Assembly: GCA_964482395.1 (NCBI GenBank)
Contig: CAYZXK010000195.1
Coordinates: 1-44,623 of the forward strand
DNA length: 44,623 nt
Direction: 5' to 3'
DNA from: an uncultured Planctomycetales bacterium
Lineage (GTDB): Bacteria; Planctomycetota; Phycisphaerae; UBA1845; Fen-1342
Shown here: piece by piece, positions 25,842 to 35,010 of the stretch
How the letters are laid out: the number at the start of each line of letters is the position of its first letter
How positions within the stretch are numbered: the stretch's first letter is position 1
Position numbers and translations under genes: made by a program
Notes under the pieces: generated by a model
The model's database searches: none
What the model saw: the letters and a program-made list of their open reading frames with translations, nothing else
What the model was told of the DNA's origin: nothing

Positions 25842-27452
25842 GTGATCCCAGCCGAGGCGGTTAAGCGCCCGCGACTCAGACTGATCAACCCCAATTCTCC
25901 GCTGTCCAACATCACCATGCCCAGGGTGGTTCGAGCCATGACCTTCACCCGCAAGGCGTTGTTTGCCCCGACCGGCCTGATGATCTGTGGAGCGGTGATG
26001 CCCAAGCACTGGGAGGTCGAGCTGGTCGACGAGTGCACACTGGACCAGCCGCACCAACCCCGGGCCGACGTCGACCTGGTAGGCATTTCAGCCATGACCA
26101 CTCAGGCCAGGCGCGCTTACCAGCTTGCCGACCAGTACCGGCAATTGGGGATCACCGTGATCATGGGCGGGATCCACCCCAGCGCGCTGCCGGAGGAGGC
26201 CCTCCGCCATTGCGACAGCGTTTGCCTGGGCGACGCCGAATCGACTCTGCCGCATTTGATTGCGGATTGGGAGCAGGCGGCACGGCAGGGCCGGGAGCCC
26301 AGGAGCGGATTGCGTAGAATCTACGATTGGACCGCGTTCCCGACCGCCCCGATTGCCACCCCACGCAAGGACCTGATCGACCCGCGCGACTACCTGGTGG
26401 CCAATCCGATTCAAACCACCCGCGGCTGTCCGCACGGTTGCAACTTCTGCACTACGCCGGCGGTGTTCGGTCGCAAGTTCCGCCGGCGTGCGGTAGCGGA
26501 CATCGTGGAGGAAATTCGAGCCGCCCGCGAGCGGTATCGGGCTTGGTGCTACATCTTTGCCGACGACAACTTCGGGGCCAATCACGCCTGGGCCTTTGAG
26601 CTATGCGAAGCTCTCCGGCCGCTCAAGATTAGCTGGGCCACCCAGTGCGACATACTGGTCAGTCGGGACGAGCGGCTGCTGAAGGCCATGCGGGCCAGCG
26701 GGTGCGTCGGGCTGATTCTAGGGCTTGAAAGCCCCAAGGCGGGGACGCTGGCCGAGGCTGGCAAGAAGTTCGTCAGTGCCGACAGTTACGAATCCCGGAT
26801 TCGCAAAATCCAAAGCTACGGTATCAGCTTGTGGGGGGCGTTCATCTTCGGGTTCGACAGCGATGATTGGCGGGATTGCATGCAGGCCTGTCGCTTCGCC
26901 CAGCGGACCGATCTGGCCATGAGCTGTTACCCCATCCTGACGCCCTACCCCGGCACCGAGTTCTTCAGGCAGTTCCTGCGGGAGGGGCGTCTGCGCACGC
27001 TGGAATGGGAGCGATACAACGGGGCCTCCGTGGTGTACGAGCCGCGCCGGATGACCCCGGCACAATTGCGCCACGCTCAGATGGCGGCATTTGCCGAGTT
27101 CTACAGCCCACGCTCGGCCCTCCGCCGACTCAAGCTCTACCCGCTCAAGAGCCGGGCCTGGCTGGCCAACCTGGCGATTTGGAAGGGCATTCGCTATTAC
27201 CATGCCCGGAAAGGTCGCCCTGTGCCGCGCTTCGCCGACTTCCTAGACCCGCACTCGCGGGCCTGGAAGCACTATTTTGACGACCAGACGGCGCCTCCCG
27301 TCGCTCCGGAGCCGACCGAGACGGCCATTCAGCATGAATCGCTGGCGGCCTGGGCCTGCCTGGCCAGCGATCCCCTGCTGCAACCGGCGGCGGCCTTGTC
27401 CGTTCCGGGGCCGGCCGCGGCCGACGCTGCGGCCGGCCAACCGTGGCCCTGA
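25842..27452 (+). CDS. B12-binding domain-containing radical SAM protein (class B radical SAM, possible methyltransferase)
   Basis: The start is a GTG with an AAGGTG motif upstream. The N-terminal cobalamin-binding Rossmann domain reads LVGISAMTTQARRAYQLADQYRQLGITVIMGGIHPS. The radical SAM cluster motif is GCPHGCNFC (CxxxCxxC). Confidence 0.85.
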   Translation: MIPAEAVKRPRLRLINPNSPLSNITMPRVVRAMTFTRKALFAPTGLMICGAVMPKHWEVELVDECTLDQPHQPRADVDLVGISAMTTQARRAYQLADQYRQLGITVIMGGIHPSALPEEALRHCDSVCLGDAESTLPHLIADWEQAARQGREPRSGLRRIYDWTAFPTAPIATPRKDLIDPRDYLVANPIQTTRGCPHGCNFCTTPAVFGRKFRRRAVADIVEEIRAARERYRAWCYIFADDNFGANHAWAFELCEALRPLKISWATQCDILVSRDERLLKAMRASGCVGLILGLESPKAGTLAEAGKKFVSADSYESRIRKIQSYGISLWGAFIFGFDSDDWRDCMQACRFAQRTDLAMSCYPILTPYPGTEFFRQFLREGRLRTLEWERYNGASVVYEPRRMTPAQLRHAQMAAFAEFYSPRSALRRLKLYPLKSRAWLANLAIWKGIRYYHARKGRPVPRFADFLDPHSRAWKHYFDDQTAPPVAPEPTETAIQHESLAAWACLASDPLLQPAAALSVPGPAAADAAAGQPWP

Positions 27453-27464
27453 GGCCGACATTCG

Positions 27465-29246
27465 GTGGCCCAACCACAGAGCCTGACCAACAGCATGAAC
27501 CGCTCACTGCCGCGATTGAACCGAACCGACCTGGCAGCCGCAGGCCTGCTTGTGCTGGCCGCGGCCTACATGAGCTACGCGGTCGTACACGCTCCCCGCA
27601 CCATCGGCACCTACCAGGACGACGGCATCTACCTGGTGACTGCCAAGTCTCTGGCTGAGGGTAAGGGATATCGTCACCTCGAGCTGCCTGGTGAACCTTA
27701 TCAGACCAAATACCCGATCCTTTACCCGCTGCTCGTCTCCCTGATCTGGCGAGTGTGGCCGCAGTTCCCGGACAACATCGCCGGCATCCAGGTAGCCAAT
27801 GTCCTGCTGTGGAGCGTGGGGTCATGGCTGGCCTATCGGCTGATGCGCCAAGTTTGGCAACTGCCCGGCTGGCTGGCTGCCGCCGGTCCGCTACTGGCGC
27901 TGGCCAACCCGACCACCGCCGGCCTGTTCCAAACCGCAATGGCTGAGTGCTTGTATCTGCCGCTTTCGATGGCCGCTCTGCTGCTGGCTCACTCGACAGT
28001 TTCGACCGGGCCGGCCGGTCAGTCCGGGCGGTGGTTGCCCGGTCGGGCCATTCTGTTCGGGCTGATGGCTGGCGGCGCTTACTTGACCCGCTTGATCGGG
28101 ATTACGGTCGCGGCCGCGGCCGTCGTCAGTCTGATGCTGGCCCGGCGGTGGAAAGCGGCGGCGGCATCGGCCATCTGCGTGCTGCTGGTCGCAAGCGGCT
28201 GGCAGCTCTGGTGCGGCTACGCCACCGCCGCCAACCGCACCAATCCAGCGATCGAAGCGTTTCGCTACGACTTGGACTATTCGGCTTGGCGTCCACGCGA
28301 TCCGGCCAGCCTCGTCCGGATCGTCCCCCACAATGCCGCCGCTATGGCCTTGGCCCTGCTTACTCAACTTACGCCGATCCCCAACAACTGGCTGACCCGG
28401 GCCCCGGGCGGCGGACTGGCCGGTGGCTGGCGCCTCTACTCGCTGATGCTGATCAGCCTGGTACTGGTGGGGGTCGGCCTGGCCGGAACGTGGCAACGCG
28501 CCTGGCCGATCCTGCATCTCTACCTGGTGATCTACATCGGGTTGGTGCTGCTCTGGCCGTTCCGTCCATGGCGTTTCCTGCTTCCGATCCTGCCGTTGCT
28601 GACCGGGGCGGGGCTGGCCGGGGCGTACCTGGTCGTCGTTCTTTTGGTTGAAGCGATTGCCGGCCGGGACAGCTCGATCTCCCCGCGGCCCCAAAGCGAA
28701 GCCACGGGGCCACCCAGCCTCTGGCAATCGAGCGGAACCGGACATGCGGCCGCCATCCGAATAGTCTTTGTAGTGGCCGGCATGCTCGCGTTCCAAAACC
28801 TCCGGCCGATCGTGACCGAGCGCGGCCGGCAGTACTTGGAGCAGTCCGAACTTCAGCGCGAGGCCCTGATCGATCTATTGAGGTCGCAGACCCCACCGGA
28901 TGCCGTGATCTGCTCCCTGGATAACGCTTACCTCCACTTGCGGACCGGGAGAAAGATTGTGCCTTTTGTACCCTATGAATACCCGGTTCCGAGTTTATAT
29001 CCGCCGGACTTGCCGCTGAGCGAGTGCGGCCACCTGGCTACCCCAGGCCGTCTCTTGGCCGATCTGGAGCACATGCGTACCCGCCTGCCCGGCTATCTGC
29101 AAACCGCGCGGGTCGGTTACCTGGTGGCCGATGCGGAAACCGATTCCGGGATCGTGTTCGGCGAGTTCCTGCGAGCCCGGCCGGACTTGTTCCGAGCAGT
29201 CCGAACCGCCGGGCGTTACTCGCTTTACCGTGTGACGTCGCGCTGA
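27465..29246 (+). CDS. GT-C fold glycosyltransferase, family 39/83-like (ArnT/PMT_2-like membrane glycosyltransferase)
   Basis: It starts 13 nt after the radical SAM gene. The 593-aa protein is polytopic. Its N-terminal loop, YQDDGIYLVTAKSLAEGKGY, matches the D(D/E)xxY...G(W/Y) loop motif of ArnT/PMT_2 family enzymes. Confidence 0.75.
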   Translation: MAQPQSLTNSMNRSLPRLNRTDLAAAGLLVLAAAYMSYAVVHAPRTIGTYQDDGIYLVTAKSLAEGKGYRHLELPGEPYQTKYPILYPLLVSLIWRVWPQFPDNIAGIQVANVLLWSVGSWLAYRLMRQVWQLPGWLAAAGPLLALANPTTAGLFQTAMAECLYLPLSMAALLLAHSTVSTGPAGQSGRWLPGRAILFGLMAGGAYLTRLIGITVAAAAVVSLMLARRWKAAAASAICVLLVASGWQLWCGYATAANRTNPAIEAFRYDLDYSAWRPRDPASLVRIVPHNAAAMALALLTQLTPIPNNWLTRAPGGGLAGGWRLYSLMLISLVLVGVGLAGTWQRAWPILHLYLVIYIGLVLLWPFRPWRFLLPILPLLTGAGLAGAYLVVVLLVEAIAGRDSSISPRPQSEATGPPSLWQSSGTGHAAAIRIVFVVAGMLAFQNLRPIVTERGRQYLEQSELQREALIDLLRSQTPPDAVICSLDNAYLHLRTGRKIVPFVPYEYPVPSLYPPDLPLSECGHLATPGRLLADLEHMRTRLPGYLQTARVGYLVADAETDSGIVFGEFLRARPDLFRAVRTAGRYSLYRVTSR

Positions 29247-29441
29247 TGACCGCGTAGTCGGATCCCCGCCGAGGTTGCCGCCGTAGAGGAACCGGCGAGC
29301 CACCGACAGTGGGTGTTCGGACCCCGAATGCCAGGCCCGCAACTGCCAGTGTCCGGTCCGGGCCCCTCAGCAGCGCAGTAAGCTCCCATACCATAAAGAC
29401 TTACACTGAGTCGAACTCGCCGGCCGGGGCCCGAAATAACT

Positions 29442-29471
29442 CTTGACTCGCGGGAGTGGTTAGAGGTAGAC
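29442..29471 (+). promoter_or_regulatory. putative sigma70-type promoter (TTGACT-18-TAGACT) for PEP-CTERM gene 29656..30384
   Basis: The sequence is cTTGACTcgcgggagtggttagaggTAGACTgtg. It would give a 5' UTR of about 180 nt. Confidence 0.3.
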
Positions 29472-29655
29472 TGTGACTCGGAGAGCGAGCAGGAGCTCCG
29501 CACCCTGTCGCAGGCTCATTTGTCGGTAACCGTGGCGCCTGGGCGGGCGCCCGAGTAAGTCTTTGTGGAAGCATATGCCCGCGGAAAGAGGAAGCTGCGG
29601 GATGGTCCCGGGCTGAACGCGGGCGGTCAGTGTCCTTGAGGAGAAGGAGAAAAGG

Positions 29656-30384
29656 ATGCGAAAGATTGCTGTGTTGGCAGCGCTGGCACTGGTGGTGCCA
29701 GCCATGGCAGGCGTGCTGACCGCCGAGCCTGTCGGGAAACTAGCTGGCGGTCACGTGTTGGGTAGCGGTGCCCGTGATTCCTACCTGGTGTACGACAATA
29801 CGGTGTATCCGTCGGGGTACGGATTCTCGCAGAATCCCGGGGCGTGGATTGGCGACGACCTCCAGTTGGATTATCAGACCGCACCGGAGGGCTACCGGAC
29901 TCTGAACTCCGTGTCCTGGACGGTGTGGAACGCTTCCACCGCCGGGCCGCTGAACACCTGCGACGTGCAGCTGACGTTCTGGTCGCTTTACGATGGGACC
30001 CCCCTGGGCACCATCACCTTTCAGGGCCTGGATCCGTACCTGCCGAGCTACTACTACACGATCTACACTGCTACTGACTTGTGCTCCCTGGGCATCGTGT
30101 TGCCGGAGGACGGCTGGATTGGCGTTGCGGCTCGGATCTACAACCTGACCGGAGGCGCCACCAAGGCCGGCCAGATCCTGTACAATCCACCGATCCTCGG
30201 CTCCAGTGCCGACATGTTCTACCTGGACAACACCGTCGCCACCCCGCCCGGCACTAACCAGGGCTGGTACTGGTTCGGTGGCAACCCGGTGGCCAACTTC
30301 CTGTGGGCCATCGAGGTTTGCCCGGAGCCGGCCTCGCTGGCGCTGCTGGCGCTTGGCGGCCTGATGCTGATTCGTCGGCGTTAG
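29656..30384 (+). CDS. PEP-CTERM sorting domain-containing secreted protein
   Basis: A strong RBS, GAGGAGAAGGAGAAAAGG, precedes the ATG. The signal peptide is MRKIAVLAALALVVPAMA. The C-terminus, VCPEPASLALLALGGLMLIRRR, is the PEP-CTERM motif: a transmembrane helix followed by an Arg cluster. Confidence 0.85.
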   Translation: MRKIAVLAALALVVPAMAGVLTAEPVGKLAGGHVLGSGARDSYLVYDNTVYPSGYGFSQNPGAWIGDDLQLDYQTAPEGYRTLNSVSWTVWNASTAGPLNTCDVQLTFWSLYDGTPLGTITFQGLDPYLPSYYYTIYTATDLCSLGIVLPEDGWIGVAARIYNLTGGATKAGQILYNPPILGSSADMFYLDNTVATPPGTNQGWYWFGGNPVANFLWAIEVCPEPASLALLALGGLMLIRRR

Positions 30385-30414
30385 CAACTGTCCGGTGACA
30401 CTTGCGCTTCCTCC

Positions 30415-30452
30415 CCCCGGCGGGTCCTCTCACCCCGCCGGGGTTTCTTTTT
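30415..30452 (+). terminator. Rho-independent terminator downstream of PEP-CTERM gene
   Basis: A 10-bp GC-rich stem (CCCCGGCGGG / CCCGCCGGGG) with a 9-nt loop (tcctctcac) is followed immediately by TTTCTTTTT. It lies 30 nt after the stop at 30384. Confidence 0.7.
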
Positions 30453-30501
30453 GCGCCTGCCGCCCCATCCCGAACCTGCTAGGATGTAACAGAGCCTGCG
30501 C

Positions 30502-31461
30502 ATGAGCCGCCGGCTCAACCGGGTACGGCGGGCCACCTGCCCGCAAATCCGGTTGGCGGGCGGCGAGCCCGCAGCTCAGGCGTCTCTTGACAGGCGCAAG
30601 AAGGTGCTCAACCGCTGGATCGGAATCGCGACGGCATCCCTCATGGTTGCGGCCAATGCAGCCATCGTCTGGCGAGACCTGCTGCCGGAGTGGCTGGCCG
30701 GCGACCCACCGCCCTCCGAGCCCCAGCTCCTTTCGCCCGGCGAAAAACGATTCGTCCAGGTCGGAATCTACGACGAACAGGGCCGCCCGGTCGGACGAAG
30801 CTGGACCCAGGCCACACGCGTTGGAACGGAGGGTATCGTCACCACCAAGACCGTCACCGTCCTGGAACCCATCGGCCTGCCCGGCGGCCTGAGCACCCCA
30901 CCGGTCCGAATCGAAACCGCAGTCAGCTATCGCTACAACCAGGCCCGGGTCGACGAACTGGACTTCCGCATGTTCGGCCTGGGAATCCCGATCTTCCTCC
31001 ACGGTGAGGCGATGGCCACCGGTGAGTTTCCCTTCACCTGGCAAGTCGGCCCCCACCGCGGGAAGGTGATTCTGGATTCTCGGGCGCCGGCGGCGCTGGG
31101 CGACGTGATCCGCCCGTTCGATCGACTGGCCGACCTGTACGTCGGCCGTAGCTGGCGGCTGGACCTGCTCGATCCGCTTTCCCACATGCTGCCCAACCTC
31201 AAACAGACCGGACTGAGCCTGGAGCCGGTCCTGATCCAGGTAACCGGCAAGGAGAACATCACGCATCAGGGAGTCCCAGTCGAAGCTTTCCGGGTGGAAG
31301 GCGGCGGAGCCCGGGCCTGGGTGGCCGCCGACGGCCAGGTACTGCGACAGGAAGTCAACCTGCCGCTGCTCGGCCGCCTAATACTGCTGGATGAACCCTA
31401 CGATGACCAAGCCCGATGCGACGCGCTGAAGCGAACCCTGGTACCGTCGGAGGTAGACTAA
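30502..31461 (+). CDS. hypothetical membrane-anchored protein (single N-terminal TM)
   Basis: A single hydrophobic segment, WIGIATASLMVAANAAIVW, follows a basic N-terminus. I see no recognisable catalytic motif. It lies directly upstream of an ABC ATPase gene. Confidence 0.55.
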   Translation: MSRRLNRVRRATCPQIRLAGGEPAAQASLDRRKKVLNRWIGIATASLMVAANAAIVWRDLLPEWLAGDPPPSEPQLLSPGEKRFVQVGIYDEQGRPVGRSWTQATRVGTEGIVTTKTVTVLEPIGLPGGLSTPPVRIETAVSYRYNQARVDELDFRMFGLGIPIFLHGEAMATGEFPFTWQVGPHRGKVILDSRAPAALGDVIRPFDRLADLYVGRSWRLDLLDPLSHMLPNLKQTGLSLEPVLIQVTGKENITHQGVPVEAFRVEGGGARAWVAADGQVLRQEVNLPLLGRLILLDEPYDDQARCDALKRTLVPSEVD

Positions 31462-31535
31462 AACTCCGTGTGGCACTGCTCGGCGAGCAGGGCCCGCCCT
31501 TGCCGCTCGCAAAGCAGCGGTAAACTGCCTCAGCC

Positions 31536-32321
31536 ATGACCGAAGCTTGCCATCCCGACTCGAACCGCGAAATCACCGTCCGCATCGAGAACCTCACCAA
31601 GTCCTTCGGACGGCAGGTAGCGGTCCGCGACCTTTCCTTGCATCTTTACAGGGGGGAGGTGTTCGCATTCCTGGGTCCCAACGGAGCCGGCAAAACCACC
31701 ACCCTGAAAGCTACTGCCGGCCTGCTGCGACCTGACACCGGGACTGTGACCATCTGCGGCTGCCTGATGCAGCGGGAAGCCCGACAGGCCAAGCAACACC
31801 TCGCCTTCGTCCCGGACGTGCCTTTCGTCTACGAAAAGCTCACCGGGCGCGAGTTCATCCGGTTCACTCGCGAGATGTACGGCGTACCGGAGGCGGCAGC
31901 CGAGTCACGGCTGGCCGAGCTTGCCCGACGGCTGGCCATGGACGGGTTTCTGGACCAGCTTTGCGAGACCTACAGTCATGGCATGAAGCAGAAGGTCGCC
32001 CTGGCCGCGGCCTTGATCCACCAGCCGCGGGTGTTGATCGTGGACGAGCCCATGGTTGGACTCGACCCACGCACTGCCCGAGTCACCCGGGACATCTTCC
32101 GCGACCTGGCCCGGGCCGGCGGCACGGTCTTCATGAGCACTCACACCCTGGACGTGGCTGAGCAACTGGCCGACCGGATCGGAATCATCCATCACGGCCG
32201 CCTGACCGCCCTGGGCACGCTGGCCGAGCTTCGCACTCAGGCCCAGGTGGACGGCCGCCTGGAGGATGTGTTCCTGCGGCTGACCGAGGCGCCGCCGGAT
32301 GAGACCGCCCCGGCTTCCTAA
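31536..32321 (+). CDS. ABC transporter ATP-binding protein (ABC-2/DrrA-like subfamily)
   Basis: Walker A is GPNGAGKTTT. The signature is the ABC-2 variant, YSHGMKQKV. Walker B is VLIVDEPMVGLDP, and the H-loop is FMSTHTL. Confidence 0.9.
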   Translation: MTEACHPDSNREITVRIENLTKSFGRQVAVRDLSLHLYRGEVFAFLGPNGAGKTTTLKATAGLLRPDTGTVTICGCLMQREARQAKQHLAFVPDVPFVYEKLTGREFIRFTREMYGVPEAAAESRLAELARRLAMDGFLDQLCETYSHGMKQKVALAAALIHQPRVLIVDEPMVGLDPRTARVTRDIFRDLARAGGTVFMSTHTLDVAEQLADRIGIIHHGRLTALGTLAELRTQAQVDGRLEDVFLRLTEAPPDETAPAS

Positions 32322-32428
32322 CCGCCGGCCGGCTATTCCGCACCACCGCCCAATGCCGCCAGTCCGCCCTGTGCAAGATCAGCGGTGGCTGGCTCAGGTC
32401 CACGCGGCCCGACCGGGGCTGCTTGCAG

Positions 32429-34285
32429 CTACGTGGCGGGCGGCTCCACCGGCGCGGTCTCGCCCGCGGTACCGGTGACCCGTTCGACTACCCGGCCGAT
32501 GGCCTTGCCGACCGCCGCCACACCGGCCGCAGCCGCTTTCTTCACGTCCGGGGGCACCGACCGCTCCAAGCCGTCAACGAACATCCCCGCGGCCTGACCT
32601 TGATAGAACGCCGCGGTCATGCGGGCCAGCGCGGCCGGATCGCCCCAGAAGGTCATCTGGGCGTTGGCCAGCGCCTGTCCGAAGGCCTGGGCGGCCGCGA
32701 TCCGGGCCTCTTTCTCCGCCGCGATCCGGGCCAGCTCCACCTGCAATTCGCGGGCGATCTTCTCAAACCGGGCCTGCCCTTCCAAATCGCGGATTTTCAC
32801 CGTGACCTGGGCGTCCTGCACCTTCACCTGTTCCTGGGCGACCGTCACCGGAACCATCTGCATGGCTCGCTCGGCCTCAGCTTCCAGCGCCTTGGCCTGC
32901 TTGGTCGCCTCGGCCAGCCGGATGCGGGCCAAAGCCTGCTTCTCGGCGGCGATCTGTTCACCTTCGGCCTTCTTGACCTGAGCGTAGGCGGCCACGTCCG
33001 CGATCATCTGCTCCTCGATCCGCTGTTGCTCGACTTCGGCCGACTTGGCGATGACCGCCCGGTCCTTCTCGCGCTCGGCGGTGGCTCGGACCTGCACGGT
33101 GAGGACCGCCTGCTCGGCCGCCTTGCGAGTCTGCTCGGCGGCCAACTGCTCGGCCTCGGCTGCCGCTCGGCGTTTCTCGGCCTCGGCGATCGCGATCTGC
33201 TGTTCTCGCCGGGCCAGCTCGACCGCCCGTTCCCGGGCTACCGCGGCCACCTGGGCCGCCTGCTCACGTTCCTGATCCGCCACCTGCACCGCCTTGTTCT
33301 GCTCGACCGTGGCCAGCTTGACCTCGCGTTCCGCCTGCACCCGGGCGATCCCCGCCAGCTTGCTCTGCTGGGCAGCGACCGTGGCGGCCTTCTGCTGGTT
33401 CTCGGCATTGGCGATGCTCTTGGCGGCCTCCGCCTCGGCTCGGGCCCGGGCTTCGATGACCTCCTGCTGGGCAACGTACTGGGCGGTCTTGACGTTCTGT
33501 TCCTTCACTCGCTGATCAGCCTCGCGTTCGATCGTGTTGCGGGCCACCCGCTGGGCCTGGACCTGCTCGGCGATGGTCCGGGCGCCCTGGGCGTCGAAGA
33601 CGTTTTCCTCCGGTCGCATGGCGGCCAGCGGAGCCTGATCCAGACTGGAGATGGTCACCGATTCCAAGTACAGCCCGTTGGACTTGAGGTCCTGCTCGAC
33701 GATTTTCTGGACCGCCTCCGCGAATTCGGCCCGCTTGGCGTTAAGGTCGTAAAGCTTCTGGGTGGCGGCCACGGTGCGCAAGGCGGAAACCAGTTTCTCG
33801 AAAATGAGTTGCTGGACCGCCAGCGGATTACTGGAATTGAGTCCCAGCGAGGTGGCCGCCTGAATGATGTCCTCGGGCTCCTTCTTGACCCGCACATAGA
33901 ACACGGCCTTCACATCGGCCCGCAGGAAGTCCGCGGTAATCAGGGCTTCCGGCCCGGTCCGGTCGACCTCCAGCTTGAAGGTCTTCAGTGAGACCGGGAT
34001 GACCTCGTGAACCACCGGGATCACGATCGCCCCGCCGTCGATGATGCACTTGCGCCCCCCGACGCCGGTCCGCACGAACGCCTCATCGGCCGAGGTCTTC
34101 CGGTACAACCGGGTGATGATCACCAGGATGGAGAACAGCAGCAGCAGGGCCACGCCGAACGCCATCAGGATCATCTGCGACAGTCTGGGCAGCTCCGGCC
34201 AGAAGAAGGGACCGATTATCAGGCCAACCCCCACCAGAATTCCGACCAGCATGAAGAACGTGATTGAGCCACGGTTGCGGTTCAT
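32429..34285 (-). CDS. flotillin family protein (SPFH/band-7 domain, YqiK-like) with a long Ala/Glu/Gln-rich coiled coil
   Basis: This is ORF 32429..34612. I chose the internal ATG at 34285 because an AGGAAAGGAAAG RBS precedes it; it gives MNRNRGSITFFMLVGILVGVGLIIGPFFWP, a membrane anchor. The SPFH core follows (VRTGVGGRKCIIDGGAIVIPVVHEV...), then about 300 aa of EA-rich coiled coil. Confidence 0.85.
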   Translation of the reverse strand: MNRNRGSITFFMLVGILVGVGLIIGPFFWPELPRLSQMILMAFGVALLLLFSILVIITRLYRKTSADEAFVRTGVGGRKCIIDGGAIVIPVVHEVIPVSLKTFKLEVDRTGPEALITADFLRADVKAVFYVRVKKEPEDIIQAATSLGLNSSNPLAVQQLIFEKLVSALRTVAATQKLYDLNAKRAEFAEAVQKIVEQDLKSNGLYLESVTISSLDQAPLAAMRPEENVFDAQGARTIAEQVQAQRVARNTIEREADQRVKEQNVKTAQYVAQQEVIEARARAEAEAAKSIANAENQQKAATVAAQQSKLAGIARVQAEREVKLATVEQNKAVQVADQEREQAAQVAAVARERAVELARREQQIAIAEAEKRRAAAEAEQLAAEQTRKAAEQAVLTVQVRATAEREKDRAVIAKSAEVEQQRIEEQMIADVAAYAQVKKAEGEQIAAEKQALARIRLAEATKQAKALEAEAERAMQMVPVTVAQEQVKVQDAQVTVKIRDLEGQARFEKIARELQVELARIAAEKEARIAAAQAFGQALANAQMTFWGDPAALARMTAAFYQGQAAGMFVDGLERSVPPDVKKAAAAGVAAVGKAIGRVVERVTGTAGETAPVEPPAT

Positions 34286-35010
34286 TGGCTTTCCTTTCCT
34301 TGCACCGGTTCGGCCCGGAAGGTCCGGGTCGACGCATCGTAACTCAGAAGCACTACCCTCGTTCCGGCGGGAATGCTCGGGCTTCCCGGCTTCACCCGGC
34401 AGGAAACGTCTCGAAGCGTATCTTGCTGGTCTCGGACGCGGACCACGCCCGAGTTCTCGGTCACCTGATAAAGCACCTGCCCTTCCAGTCCTAAAAGCTG
34501 CCGCAGCGGCGTGTGATACGACTCGACTGAGGGGATCAGCCGCGACAGCCCCAGAGCCAGGTGACGGGTCACCACGACCGCGGCGCCCGCCGCGATCGCG
34601 ATCGCGACCCACGGCGACTTATGTTCCAGCAGGATGTTACTGGCCAGTCCGGCCACGCCCCATACAAAGCAGTAGCTCAGCAGCAGGATCGAGAAAGGGA
34701 CCTTGCCGATCCCCAGAAGGCCGACCAGAGTTGCCAGCAGGCTGGGATGGACTTCATGCTCGGCACCGCCATGCCCCGCGTCCGGGGTATGTTCCAGCCC
34801 CGCGTGGTGTTCCAGGCCCAGACCGTGCTCGGCGGACAGAGCGTGCTCGGCCGACAGATCATGGTCCGCAGACAGGTCTGGCTCGTGCCCGACATCCGCG
34901 GCGTGGCCGTGGTCGCCGGCCGACGCCCCGACCGCCAGCATCAACAGATATAGGGTCCCCAGACCGATCGGGACCATAAAAATCAGGTTCTGCCACTCCA
35001 GAAGTTGCAT
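34282..35010 (-). CDS. NfeD-like (YqiJ/YuaF-like) membrane protein, flotillin partner
   Basis: This is ORF 34282..35061. I chose the internal ATG at 35010 because a GGGAGA RBS lies 7 nt upstream. The protein has several membrane helices and a C-terminal OB-fold-like domain (VVRVRDQQDTLRDVSCRVKP...GTRVVLLSYD). It overlaps the flotillin start by 4 nt (ATGA). Confidence 0.75.
   Translation of the reverse strand: MQLLEWQNLIFMVPIGLGTLYLLMLAVGASAGDHGHAADVGHEPDLSADHDLSAEHALSAEHGLGLEHHAGLEHTPDAGHGGAEHEVHPSLLATLVGLLGIGKVPFSILLLSYCFVWGVAGLASNILLEHKSPWVAIAIAAGAAVVVTRHLALGLSRLIPSVESYHTPLRQLLGLEGQVLYQVTENSGVVRVRDQQDTLRDVSCRVKPGSPSIPAGTRVVLLSYDASTRTFRAEPVQGKESQ

Noticed and set aside
32423-33991. 522-aa ORF on the plus strand
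   Set aside because: It is antisense to the flotillin coiled-coil region. The repetitive Leu/Gly/Arg content mirrors the Ala/Glu/Gln repeats of the real gene.
34286-34612. N-terminal 109-aa extension of the flotillin ORF, and similar 5' extensions of ORFs 39312..40532, 40358..41269, 37320..39131 and 9221..10984
   Set aside because: The extensions are Arg/Gly/Pro-rich and not protein-like. In each case an internal ATG follows a strong RBS and begins a signal peptide, membrane anchor or prepilin leader.
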